Shown in pieces: positions 36,881-45,211 of a stretch of DNA of 64,000 nt. The notes under the pieces are model-generated. The model had not been told where the DNA came from and did no database searches. It was given only the letters and a program-made list of their open reading frames with translations. The translations under genes and the position numbers were made by a program. The stretch lies in the NCBI GenBank assembly GCA_029856365.1, contig JAHQWW010000007.1:5778-69777 (forward strand), written 5' to 3'. How positions within the stretch are numbered: position 1 is the first letter of the stretch; the number at the start of each line of letters is the position of its first letter. This DNA comes from Candidatus Hodarchaeota archaeon (GTDB lineage Archaea > Asgardarchaeota > Heimdallarchaeia > Hodarchaeales > Hodarchaeaceae).

Positions 36881-38110
36881 ATGACACAGGATCTTCCTTC
36901 TTCCAAATATGACCGACAAGAACGTCTATCTCTCTGGGATCAACATATCGTTGAAGATAGTGTAATTTTAATAGCAGGAGTAGGAGGGACAGGTAGCGAG
37001 GTAGCTAAGAACTTAGCTTTATTGGGTATTGGTGGTTTGATCCTTGTTGATGTTGACACCATAGAATTTTCTAACTTAAATCGTCAAATGTTGTTTAAAG
37101 AGGAGGATGTTGGGAAGAAAAAGGTAGAAATTGCAACAAAAAGGATTCGAGAGAGATTTAATCCCGATATAAAGATTGAAAGCTATTCAAACCTCCTCCA
37201 AAACTTACCACAAAGGATTTTTCACAAAGTTGACATCATCGCAGGCTGTGTAGATAATTTTTTGGCGCGACAATATCTTAATGCTATGGCGGTTGAACTG
37301 AAAATACCTTTTATTGATTCAGCTACCGATGGTTATTTCGGACAAATCCAGTACATAAAGCCAAAAGATACTGCTTGTTTAGCTTGTGAAACACCCCAAC
37401 CGCCTAATGAAACTCGAGTTTTAACAGCTCCTTGTACCTTAGTGGGAGTTCCTCGTGTGAGAGAACATTGTGCTTGGAAAGCGCTTTATGAATTTAGTAC
37501 TATCCATGAGCGTGAACCTATAGATACCTCGGCTGAAGATATTGCTGAACTTACAAAATTAGCAAATAATTTTGCCTACGAGTACAATTTTGGGCAATTT
37601 GATGAAAAACAACTCTTACAATTAATACTTTTCCACGTACCCAGTCTGATCACTGTTAATGCGGTAGTCAGTGGTCTACAATCTCAAGAAATCATAAAGT
37701 CTCTCTTTTTAGAAAAAAAAGATATTATGAAAGAAAGGGAACGCAAAATCCTTGAAAATTTGCTAAAAGCTCATAGATTCCGCATCCCTTCATTTATCAT
37801 ATATTCTGCGTTAACAGGGACTATTAATACATTCGATTTAGTTCCTGATCCAAGTTGTCTTGTTTGTGGTCAATCTAATACCGTTGTAGATTCCATCCAA
37901 ATCGTAACAGTAGATCGTAAGTCAAGATTTGGATCTCTTCTTGATACGATTCGAGAAGAACATAATAAAGACTATGTTGGGTTTCGAGGAAATCTCATCA
38001 TACCTGATGATGGTATCATCCAAAAATTTCTTTCTGATGGTGATCGGATAACTCTTAGTTCTTTAGCTGATGATGAAGAAATACGTTTGCAAATAAAATT
38101 TCTAAATTAA
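36881..38110 (+). CDS. E1-like ubiquitin-activating enzyme (ThiF/MoeB/UBA family)
   Basis: GVGGTGSEVAKNLALLGIGGLILVDVDTIEFSNLNRQ adenylation motif, CLAC/CLVC zinc site, and a eukaryote-type PCTL catalytic-Cys motif (TAPCTLVG). Confidence 0.88.
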   Translation: MTQDLPSSKYDRQERLSLWDQHIVEDSVILIAGVGGTGSEVAKNLALLGIGGLILVDVDTIEFSNLNRQMLFKEEDVGKKKVEIATKRIRERFNPDIKIESYSNLLQNLPQRIFHKVDIIAGCVDNFLARQYLNAMAVELKIPFIDSATDGYFGQIQYIKPKDTACLACETPQPPNETRVLTAPCTLVGVPRVREHCAWKALYEFSTIHEREPIDTSAEDIAELTKLANNFAYEYNFGQFDEKQLLQLILFHVPSLITVNAVVSGLQSQEIIKSLFLEKKDIMKERERKILENLLKAHRFRIPSFIIYSALTGTINTFDLVPDPSCLVCGQSNTVVDSIQIVTVDRKSRFGSLLDTIREEHNKDYVGFRGNLIIPDDGIIQKFLSDGDRITLSSLADDEEIRLQIKFLN

Positions 38111-38218
38111 CGACACAATAACCTCTAGAGCATAAAATGTGACTTTCTCTTTATTTTTTTCCCTGTTTCCTCTATGCTCTTCAATTACTAGTTTCACACA
38201 AAATAGAAGTACTTTTAA

Positions 38219-38533
38219 TTACTTTTTATAAAATAATCGTATCTTGTCCCTTCTTTTGGGGAGAATTGGATTGATTTTCGGTTTCAGGTAAGGTTCTTTA
38301 AAACCAAGATCAGGGGCTTTTTCATCAGTTAATCGGTCATAAATCTTTCCAATTACTTGATCTCGTGATTTTTGAGTGATTTGCGGCTTTTTATAGAATT
38401 TTCGAGCAACTCTAGGGCGGTGATGGGGAATCTCCACGCGTTTCCCACACTTAGGACAATACCAACTCCCAGAGACAGGGAGATCTCGAGGAATATGACC
38501 ACAATTTGCACATTTGAATTCATTCTGAGCCAT
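38219..38533 (-). CDS. Small basic zinc-ribbon protein
   Basis: CANCGH...CPKCGK followed by a Lys/Arg/Pro-rich tail. The ATG at 38533 has a gagga SD. Confidence 0.45.
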   Translation of the reverse strand: MAQNEFKCANCGHIPRDLPVSGSWYCPKCGKRVEIPHHRPRVARKFYKKPQITQKSRDQVIGKIYDRLTDEKAPDLGFKEPYLKPKINPILPKRRDKIRLFYKK

Positions 38534-38657
38534 TATATTTTTTCCTCTGGCTTTTCCCACTAAACTTCAATACTATAAAAGCCTAAAGATTTTATAAAAA
38601 AATATTTCTCGGTTTTTTCATATAAAAATTTTACAGCAAGAGATCTGGGTCAGACCA

Positions 38658-40409
38658 ATGTTTGGGAGAAAAAGACAAAAATGGTTCACAGAAGCTCAAA
38701 TGGCACATACTCTGCTTAAATTCCGTGAAATGGCACCAAGAGAAAACCCAAGCGTTATTGCTGCATTTTTGCGTGAAAAAATTGGTTCAAACGAGTTAAA
38801 TGGCTTTGTTAGTTTTGATGACGAAAAATTCATCCCTAAAAAGTTCCTTCACCAATGGATATCTCGTGAATTGGCAACAAAAGGTTTTATAGACATATGT
38901 GATGTTATTGACACTACAAACTTACCAGGTGAGCTACTAGAACACCAAATCAAATTGGCAGCTCAAAATATCGAGGGGTTCTTTGATATCATTCATCGAA
39001 AATTCTTCACCCTACAAGGAGCTAAAGCAGAAATCAAACAGAGAGTAAGTACAAATACCACAATGGATCTGAAATATCTCTTGAACCAACTCTATTGGAC
39101 TGAAGAATACTTAGAAGGCGTTTTGGAGCTTATTGCCCAAGAAAATCAATTCATTGGTTACATTGATCCAATAAAAAAACGAATATATAATTTTACTCTT
39201 TTAAATTTCTCCTCTCCCTCAGACATGCAAAAAAATATCAAATATCTCATTCGTTTTATAAATACAAGTTTTCAATTGGAATCTGAAGTCTCAGTTAACC
39301 ATATTAGTAAATTAACACAACTATCAGAAGAAGAATGTCTAGAATTTCTGGAAAGAATTCGAAACCAAATCAGCTTCATCTTTTCCGCTAACTACCATTA
39401 TCTATATTCCACTATGGACATTATGAACCAAATCTTGAAAGACATTTTCGTTTATCGAAATATTCCTATTGATTTCTGGATTCGACGTCTCGATGTAGAC
39501 AGACCTGATTTTTTCAATATGCTAAATATTTTAAATCAGAGTTTAAAGGGAACTTTGTCTGTAGAAGATTTTAGTGCTTCTTCTTTAAGCGAATGGTTCG
39601 AAAATGGAATTGCTGTTGAGGATTTAGCATCATCATTAAGTCTAGACCCATTAAAACTCTTAGATCGAATTCTCAAGTTAGCAAAGCTCCTTGGATTACG
39701 ACTTATAGCAGGAGAAACCTCTGATCCCTTTTTAGTTAAAGGTGTAAGATATTTTGAAATTTTTTGCCAAATAGACACGTCTTCTTATACGGATCCTGGT
39801 CTTTATTTCGAGTGTCAAAACTGTCGACGAATTATGTGCTCAAATTGCCGTTCTACAGGAAGTAAACATGAATGTCCGTTTTGTGGAAACATTTCTGCTT
39901 TTATTATCGATCTTCCTAGATATTGTCCCCATTGTAGGGTTAACTACACTCACTCTTACAATTTAGTGAGCACAGAGGAATGCTATTTCTGCAAAAAGGG
40001 TCCTTTAAAAATTGGATGGACTGAATACGAACCAATCCCACTTAAATCATCTGAATTAGATCCAACTCTCTTAGAATTTCTTGAACAGTCATCTAAAGCT
40101 GAAATTCCACTCAAACAAATAATAAATTTAATTAACCGCTCTGATAGCGAAACAATTAAACTATTAGAAAGCTACATCTTACGTGGTACGATTCAAGGGA
40201 GGATCAATATTCGAGAAATGACTTTACAATTAGCTTTACAAGAAGAAAAATTTCTTTGTGGTGTTTGTGAACTTTCTAAAACGGATTCTATCAATTATTT
40301 CTGCACATCTTGTGGCTTAAAATTATGTACAGATTGCTATAAAGAGATGAGCATAGTAGGAATGATTTTTTGTCCTGAATGTGGGGGAAGTTTGCAGGAG
40401 AACAAATAA
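38658..40409 (+). CDS. Multi-winged-helix protein with several Cys4 clusters and a C-terminal C4C4 cross-brace (RING-like) finger; candidate E3
   Basis: Repeated WH-like xxGxIDxxxxxxxF modules (FIGYIDPIKKRIYNF, ILRGTIQGRINIREMTLQL). The C-terminus has the spacing C-x2-C-x11-C-x2-C-x4-C-x2-C-x11-C-x2-C (nt 40257-40382). Confidence 0.4.
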   Translation: MFGRKRQKWFTEAQMAHTLLKFREMAPRENPSVIAAFLREKIGSNELNGFVSFDDEKFIPKKFLHQWISRELATKGFIDICDVIDTTNLPGELLEHQIKLAAQNIEGFFDIIHRKFFTLQGAKAEIKQRVSTNTTMDLKYLLNQLYWTEEYLEGVLELIAQENQFIGYIDPIKKRIYNFTLLNFSSPSDMQKNIKYLIRFINTSFQLESEVSVNHISKLTQLSEEECLEFLERIRNQISFIFSANYHYLYSTMDIMNQILKDIFVYRNIPIDFWIRRLDVDRPDFFNMLNILNQSLKGTLSVEDFSASSLSEWFENGIAVEDLASSLSLDPLKLLDRILKLAKLLGLRLIAGETSDPFLVKGVRYFEIFCQIDTSSYTDPGLYFECQNCRRIMCSNCRSTGSKHECPFCGNISAFIIDLPRYCPHCRVNYTHSYNLVSTEECYFCKKGPLKIGWTEYEPIPLKSSELDPTLLEFLEQSSKAEIPLKQIINLINRSDSETIKLLESYILRGTIQGRINIREMTLQLALQEEKFLCGVCELSKTDSINYFCTSCGLKLCTDCYKEMSIVGMIFCPECGGSLQENK

Positions 40410-40416
40410 CTCTATC

Positions 40417-41307
40417 TCATGACATCTGAGCTTTAAATTGAGCCAATTTTTTAGAATACTTATCTGTAAGTTCCTTGTACTTTTGTTCTGAGATTTTACC
40501 ACTGAGAAACATTTCATCAGCTTGCTCAAGCATTTGTTCATACTTTTTCACTTTCTCTGTTATGTCATCAAGCGACTTTCTTTCTTCTGTCAACTCTCGA
40601 CGTTGCTCTAAAACTTGCTTCTCGACTTCATACGATAACAAGGCTTGATATTCATCAGGTACCTTGAAACCTCCAATATCCAAGCCAACTAATTCTAATC
40701 CCCAACGAGAGGTTTCGGGTCCAAGCTCTGAACGAGTTTGGATTTCCAAGCTTCTACGTTCCTTGAGCATCTCGGGTACAGAATATCGTGACAATACATG
40801 TTTTACTGCTGCGATGATCGTTTGCTTGACCCAATTCTTCAATTCATCTCCAGAATAATATTTCTTATGCGAAACAATGTTCATAATAAAATTACGGGGA
40901 TTGACAACCCTCATACGAGAAATACCATAAGAACCTACCATTATATTATCAGAAGTATAAATCCCAGGTGTTCCCCATTTGATAATGAATTCTCGTTTGG
41001 TTACCCAGATAATTTCACTTCCAGGCTGTTTTGCACTCTTATCAAGCTCATAAATACCACTTCCTGCGATCCCCACTAAAGATCCAGATTGTAGCAAAAT
41101 GGCATTTTCTGGGTCTTTAACAATGAATCCATCATACTTCCGAAAACCATCAAGATCTTCGGATTTAATCCTACAAATCAATGAACTTTTTGCTTCTGGG
41201 CCAAAATCTGAACTCAAAATCGATTTTCCCTTAAATTTCTTTGTTCCAATATGTACAGTATCGCCTATTCTACGAAATAATCCACCATATTTCTCTACTT
41301 CTGCCAT
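40417..41307 (-). CDS. SPFH/Band-7-superfamily protein (YdjI/'virion core protein'-like subtype) with C-terminal coiled coil
   Basis: The pattern FIVKDPENAILLQSG...IIWVTKREFIIKWGTPG...GISRMRVVNPRNFI...LKNWVKQTIIAAVKHVLSRYSV follows the SPFH-like fold, with a heptad tail. A GGTGA SD lies in the 10-nt gap after the upstream gene. Confidence 0.55.
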   Translation of the reverse strand: MAEVEKYGGLFRRIGDTVHIGTKKFKGKSILSSDFGPEAKSSLICRIKSEDLDGFRKYDGFIVKDPENAILLQSGSLVGIAGSGIYELDKSAKQPGSEIIWVTKREFIIKWGTPGIYTSDNIMVGSYGISRMRVVNPRNFIMNIVSHKKYYSGDELKNWVKQTIIAAVKHVLSRYSVPEMLKERRSLEIQTRSELGPETSRWGLELVGLDIGGFKVPDEYQALLSYEVEKQVLEQRRELTEERKSLDDITEKVKKYEQMLEQADEMFLSGKISEQKYKELTDKYSKKLAQFKAQMS

Positions 41308-41317
41308 AAGATTTCAC

Positions 41318-42319
41318 CTACCATCCATTGTCCCCATATAATCCAGGAAAATAATATTGATCTCCTGTATCAAGAGATGAAACTTTTCGTGCAATTTTTT
41401 GTTCAATAAGGCTTTCAAGAACTCTAATTACACGCTGATGATCCCATTTTGTTCCCATTACGACCTCTTCCAGTGTAACATATCCCTTATTAACTGCAAG
41501 ATCAAAAACTTTCCTTGCATCGCTCCCGAGAGTGACTGGAACAAATTCTACTATCTTAACTCCGGATCGTTTTACAATTCCTTCAATGAGAGATTGTTTT
41601 TTAAGGCGTTTACAGGATTTTTCCAGATCTTTTGTGGAGAATTCTACATCAGGAACTTGAGTTTTTAAGGCTGTATAGAGATTTGCCAGCGAAATATAAC
41701 CACCAGAACTAGCTCGGAGATTTTTTCCATATTCAAGAATCAAATCGTCTAATGTTTCTTCAAACTTTCCTTTTCCAAACAGTTTTGGTTTTTTTGTTAC
41801 ATCTAGAGCAGTTACAGTCAAAGCGCGACCTTCTTTACGTAATAGCTCTTGCTCTAGCTGAGTAATCCGAGTATCGTATTTTTTCTGTAAGTTTTTAATG
41901 CTTTCAGTCGATACAGGGGCTCCATCAGCCAATTTTTTTTGAACTTGGACAACTTCATTTAGTCGAGTGATTTGTTCTCGAATCTCACGAATTTCATCTC
42001 GAATATCCAAATCCTCTTCCCCAAAATCAAGATCCTCTGCTAATCGCGTTGATTGGTCTGCAATTCGCTCACAGAGAATGGAAGCAAGCAATTGCGCAAC
42101 CCGTATTTCACCACTCGATTTGAGATTGGATTTGGTTTGGTCAGGATGTAGAATGAAATCAGGAATAGTTTCACTTATATACCGAATCTCCTCAAATTTT
42201 GTATAGATCCTCACCGTTATATCTGCGACACTTCGAGCATTCGTTGAAACACTATTATTTAAACGTGTCAAGGCATTACTGGCTTTTAAAAAGTATTCTT
42301 TCACGAATTTAACCACCAT
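41318..42319 (-). CDS. ESCRT-II Vps22/SNF8 (EAP30)-like tandem winged-helix protein with a roughly 170-aa N-terminal coiled-coil extension
   Basis: The C-terminal 150 aa align by eye with human SNF8: SGGYISLANLY vs NGGLITLEEL, STKDLEKSCKRLKK vs SQDDLIRAIKKLKA, and GYVTLEEVVMGTKWDHQRVIRVLESLIEQ...QYYFPGLY vs GYVTVSEIKASLKWETERARQVLEHLLKE...HYWLPALF. Confidence 0.75.
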   Translation of the reverse strand: MVVKFVKEYFLKASNALTRLNNSVSTNARSVADITVRIYTKFEEIRYISETIPDFILHPDQTKSNLKSSGEIRVAQLLASILCERIADQSTRLAEDLDFGEEDLDIRDEIREIREQITRLNEVVQVQKKLADGAPVSTESIKNLQKKYDTRITQLEQELLRKEGRALTVTALDVTKKPKLFGKGKFEETLDDLILEYGKNLRASSGGYISLANLYTALKTQVPDVEFSTKDLEKSCKRLKKQSLIEGIVKRSGVKIVEFVPVTLGSDARKVFDLAVNKGYVTLEEVVMGTKWDHQRVIRVLESLIEQKIARKVSSLDTGDQYYFPGLYGDNGW

Positions 42320-42825
42320 TCTTAGAATGACACACGGATATGCATTTACATTCTTATTTTAGAGGCGAGTCTTTAGTCCATATGTAACAGGCTCTCCGTA
42401 TTAAAAATTATTCTTATATTTACACTAATCACGTTTTTTGTCTTTTTAAAGCTTTATGTTTGGGCGTTTTCTGACTTGTATTGTGGTTATTTAACTTTCT
42501 CTGATTGGTAATCCCTTGTCATTAAGCTGGAATTTAAAACAGAACTGATATTCAAGATCACTGGTTGCATTCCATGTTACCTCTGAAATATTCATAGAAC
42601 TAATTCGTTCAGGTGGCATATAGATTGTTGTGATGGTGGTTGTCATAATTAGTTTTTATTGCGATGTTTACTTTTATGTAATCGTTTTAGAATGTGATGA
42701 TAATGTTTCTCGCGATTCCAGAGTTCTTATCAAAGTGGAAAAAGATCTTTTACTTATTTCAACCACTATTCCCTAGCTTAGGAAGACATAATTCCTCAAT
42801 CCCGCTTTTCAAAGCTGTGAGGAGA

Positions 42826-43332
42826 TCACGAGGTATGTTTCGAAGTCTTCGGCACTTTTTGAACCATTAAATAAGCTGATTCAAAGTCACGATAATAATG
42901 GTTAATTTCCTTTAAGATTTCATACCCTAACGATTTATAGAGATTGACAGCTGGAATATTTGAGACTCGAACTTCTAGGAAGAGTTCGCTTGCACCGTGT
43001 TTAATCATAGCAGCGATAGATTCTTTTAATAACTTTGTTGCAAAACCTTTTCTACGATATTCGGGTCTTATGGCGACACTAACTGTGTGACCCTTTTTCG
43101 CTCGATGAAAAATTGAATAATGACTTAATCCCCTCTCAATTCTAGCCATGGTATAGCCTATTAGCTTACCATTCATCTCAGCAATCAAAAATGCAGAAGG
43201 CAATTCTGCATGGATCGTACGGAAAAAACTTTCTGGATAATTTTCAGGTAGAGTTTGTTTATTGATCTCCATGACTTGATCTAGATCCTTTAGTTCGAAC
43301 TTTCGGATGATTATTGATGATTGTTCAGTCAT
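42826..43332 (-). CDS. GNAT N-alpha-acetyltransferase (RimI/Ard1-like)
   Basis: VAIRPEYRRKGFATKLL acetyl-CoA motif. ATGA overlap with the Nop10 stop. Confidence 0.8.
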   Translation of the reverse strand: MTEQSSIIIRKFELKDLDQVMEINKQTLPENYPESFFRTIHAELPSAFLIAEMNGKLIGYTMARIERGLSHYSIFHRAKKGHTVSVAIRPEYRRKGFATKLLKESIAAMIKHGASELFLEVRVSNIPAVNLYKSLGYEILKEINHYYRDFESAYLMVQKVPKTSKHTS

Positions 43333-43505
43333 AATAATCCCCTTTGCCTGGCAAGTTCTCTCATTTTCCTCCTATAATCAGCATATTTGTCATAAGGAGA
43401 AAATTTTGGTGGATATGCGCTACGAAACCTCTCCCCACATTTATTACAAATTTCCCTTGATTGATCGATAGTGTAGCGACATTTACACTTTCTTAACAGA
43501 CGCAT
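43329..43505 (-). CDS. nop10: H/ACA RNP protein Nop10 (58 aa, below the ORF-track cutoff)
   Basis: Hand translation gives MRLLRKCKCRYTIDQSREICNKCGERFRSAYPPKFSPYDKYADYRRKMRELARQRGLL. It sits in the conserved eS27-aIF2alpha-Nop10 order. Confidence 0.85.
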   Translation of the reverse strand: MRLLRKCKCRYTIDQSREICNKCGERFRSAYPPKFSPYDKYADYRRKMRELARQRGLL

Positions 43506-43531
43506 TCATATCCCGTTCTGCAGTACAATGA

Positions 43532-44317
43532 TTATTGTCTTTCAAAAGAATATTCAGCATCATAAGGAGTAAAAAATTGTTCTGTCTCCTTTTGTATATC
43601 CTTCCAAATACCTTCTGCAGTTCTCCAGTCTCCACTCTCGATTACACAACGATAATCAGGTGGAGAAATGATCTGAATATTATACTCAGAACCTTTATAC
43701 TTATTATTAAAACTTTTATTAAAAGAAGTAAAGAATTTCTTAAGAAGAATCACTCCTTCAGGTTCGTAACACGTTATTTTCACTAAACCACTTAATCGCA
43801 CTGTTGGTGGTTGAAGCTCTTTTAGTGCTAATTGATGAATTTCCTGTGCTGCAGTTTCAGGGATTCCAATTTCAGTAAGTATATTGACACCTCCTACCCT
43901 TGCTTGAATTAATCCTTCATATATAGAACCAAATTTTCCCAAAAGAGATTCCTCAACAATATCAGCAGAAACTTCTACTTTTTCACAAGCAACTGTTACG
44001 AGACCACGAGCACGATTTTCCTGTTTGAATTCATTGAGTTTAGACCTCCGTTGAGGTTCTGATACTCGTCGGATAGACATATCAATTTCCCCACGGGCCG
44101 TGTCAACCCGGAGGATTTTTGCTACTGCTCTTTGCCCTTCACGAATGTGACTACGAATATTCCGAACCCAAGTACGACTTAATTCTGAGATATGGACAAA
44201 TCCTGCTTCTGGGCCTAGCTTTTCATAATCAAAAATTTCAAAATATGCTCCATGTGGTGTTAGTTTGGAGCAAGTACCAATAATGAGTTCACCTACTCTT
44301 GGAAAGCTTGTATCCAT
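43532..44317 (-). CDS. eif2a: Translation initiation factor aIF2 alpha
   Basis: S1 domain GELIIGTC...GFVHISELSRTWVRNIRSHIREGQ...MSIRRVS plus helical and alpha-beta C-terminal domains. Confidence 0.9.
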   Translation of the reverse strand: MDTSFPRVGELIIGTCSKLTPHGAYFEIFDYEKLGPEAGFVHISELSRTWVRNIRSHIREGQRAVAKILRVDTARGEIDMSIRRVSEPQRRSKLNEFKQENRARGLVTVACEKVEVSADIVEESLLGKFGSIYEGLIQARVGGVNILTEIGIPETAAQEIHQLALKELQPPTVRLSGLVKITCYEPEGVILLKKFFTSFNKSFNNKYKGSEYNIQIISPPDYRCVIESGDWRTAEGIWKDIQKETEQFFTPYDAEYSFERQ

Positions 44318-44333
44318 TCATTATCGCCTTTTT

Positions 44334-44522
44334 TTAGTCTAAAACCTCTATAACTTCCCCAAACAATTTTGTTATTCCTCCACTAGGTTCTGCAAGAGTT
44401 TTCCCACAAACTCGGCAAACAACAACGGTTGTAGCATGGGAAAAAATTTCTTGAACATTCCCACACTCACAAGTCACTTTTAGAAAATGTGAACGAGGCT
44501 GAGGTATATAGCGTCTTCTCAC
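44334..44522 (-). CDS. rps27e: Ribosomal protein eS27 (S27e)
   Basis: SHFLKVTCECGNVQEIFSHATTVVVCRVCGKTLAEPSGG zinc ribbon. Confidence 0.9.
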   Translation of the reverse strand: MRRRYIPQPRSHFLKVTCECGNVQEIFSHATTVVVCRVCGKTLAEPSGGITKLFGEVIEVLD

Positions 44523-45151
44523 AACTTTTCACCTGAAATTACTTTTCCTTCACTTGTTTCTATTATTCTTGCCACTCCTCGGGCAATCAGGGCCTTAGCG
44601 TTTTCTACGGGCAAACGTACAATATCGTGCCTGATTAAGGGACCATATCGCTTATTATCCAGTCCAACAAAGGCTTCGACATCATCAAGAATCCTAATTA
44701 TCAAATTAACTGGGAACTTGTGAATAGCATCGCTATTCTCCTCAATTTGACTAGGTTCTACTGCCGAATCTTCCTGAAGATTCGTGGTTGGAGAATTATC
44801 CTGAGTATCTAAAATGTTTGGTTTCTCCATGCCGATTGTTTCAATAGATTTTCTCAGATCCTTAATTAAGCGGCGTTCTCCCCATGTACATCGTCGTTCC
44901 AAATTAATTGGAATATTGTGAATTACTGAATTCAGTATTTTTGTTAACCTTAGTTGAGCAAGATCTTTTCTGAGAAACTCCATTCTTTCAATAATTTCAT
45001 CCGCCAATTCTCCCCATTCTAGAGTTTGTGGTTTTCTATATAATTTAGCTAATTTTCCGTCCATTGAAATATAGAAATCCGCAGGTATCTCTATAAGAGT
45101 TGAACTGGCTCTTTCTTCCAACCATAACTCATATAGTCTCCGGTAATCCAA
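44519..45151 (-). CDS. GINS complex subunit (Gins51/Gins15-like)
   Basis: MDYRRLYELWLEERASSTLIEIPADFY... N-terminal helical A-domain pattern with a small C-terminal beta domain. TTG start with a GAGGAG SD. Confidence 0.55.
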   Translation of the reverse strand: MDYRRLYELWLEERASSTLIEIPADFYISMDGKLAKLYRKPQTLEWGELADEIIERMEFLRKDLAQLRLTKILNSVIHNIPINLERRCTWGERRLIKDLRKSIETIGMEKPNILDTQDNSPTTNLQEDSAVEPSQIEENSDAIHKFPVNLIIRILDDVEAFVGLDNKRYGPLIRHDIVRLPVENAKALIARGVARIIETSEGKVISGEKL

Positions 45152-45211
45152 ATAATCTCCTCATGTTTATATGAGAACATAAATAATGTAGTGTGTCTTC
45201 TTTATGAGAAG

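Noticed and set aside
42491-42646. 51-aa minus-strand ORF (MTTTITTIYMPPERISSMNISEVTWNATSDLEYQFCFKFQLNDKGLPIRES) upstream of the Vps22-like gene.
   Set aside because: It has no SD, no recognisable motif, and a low-complexity N-terminus. It cannot be supported from sequence alone.
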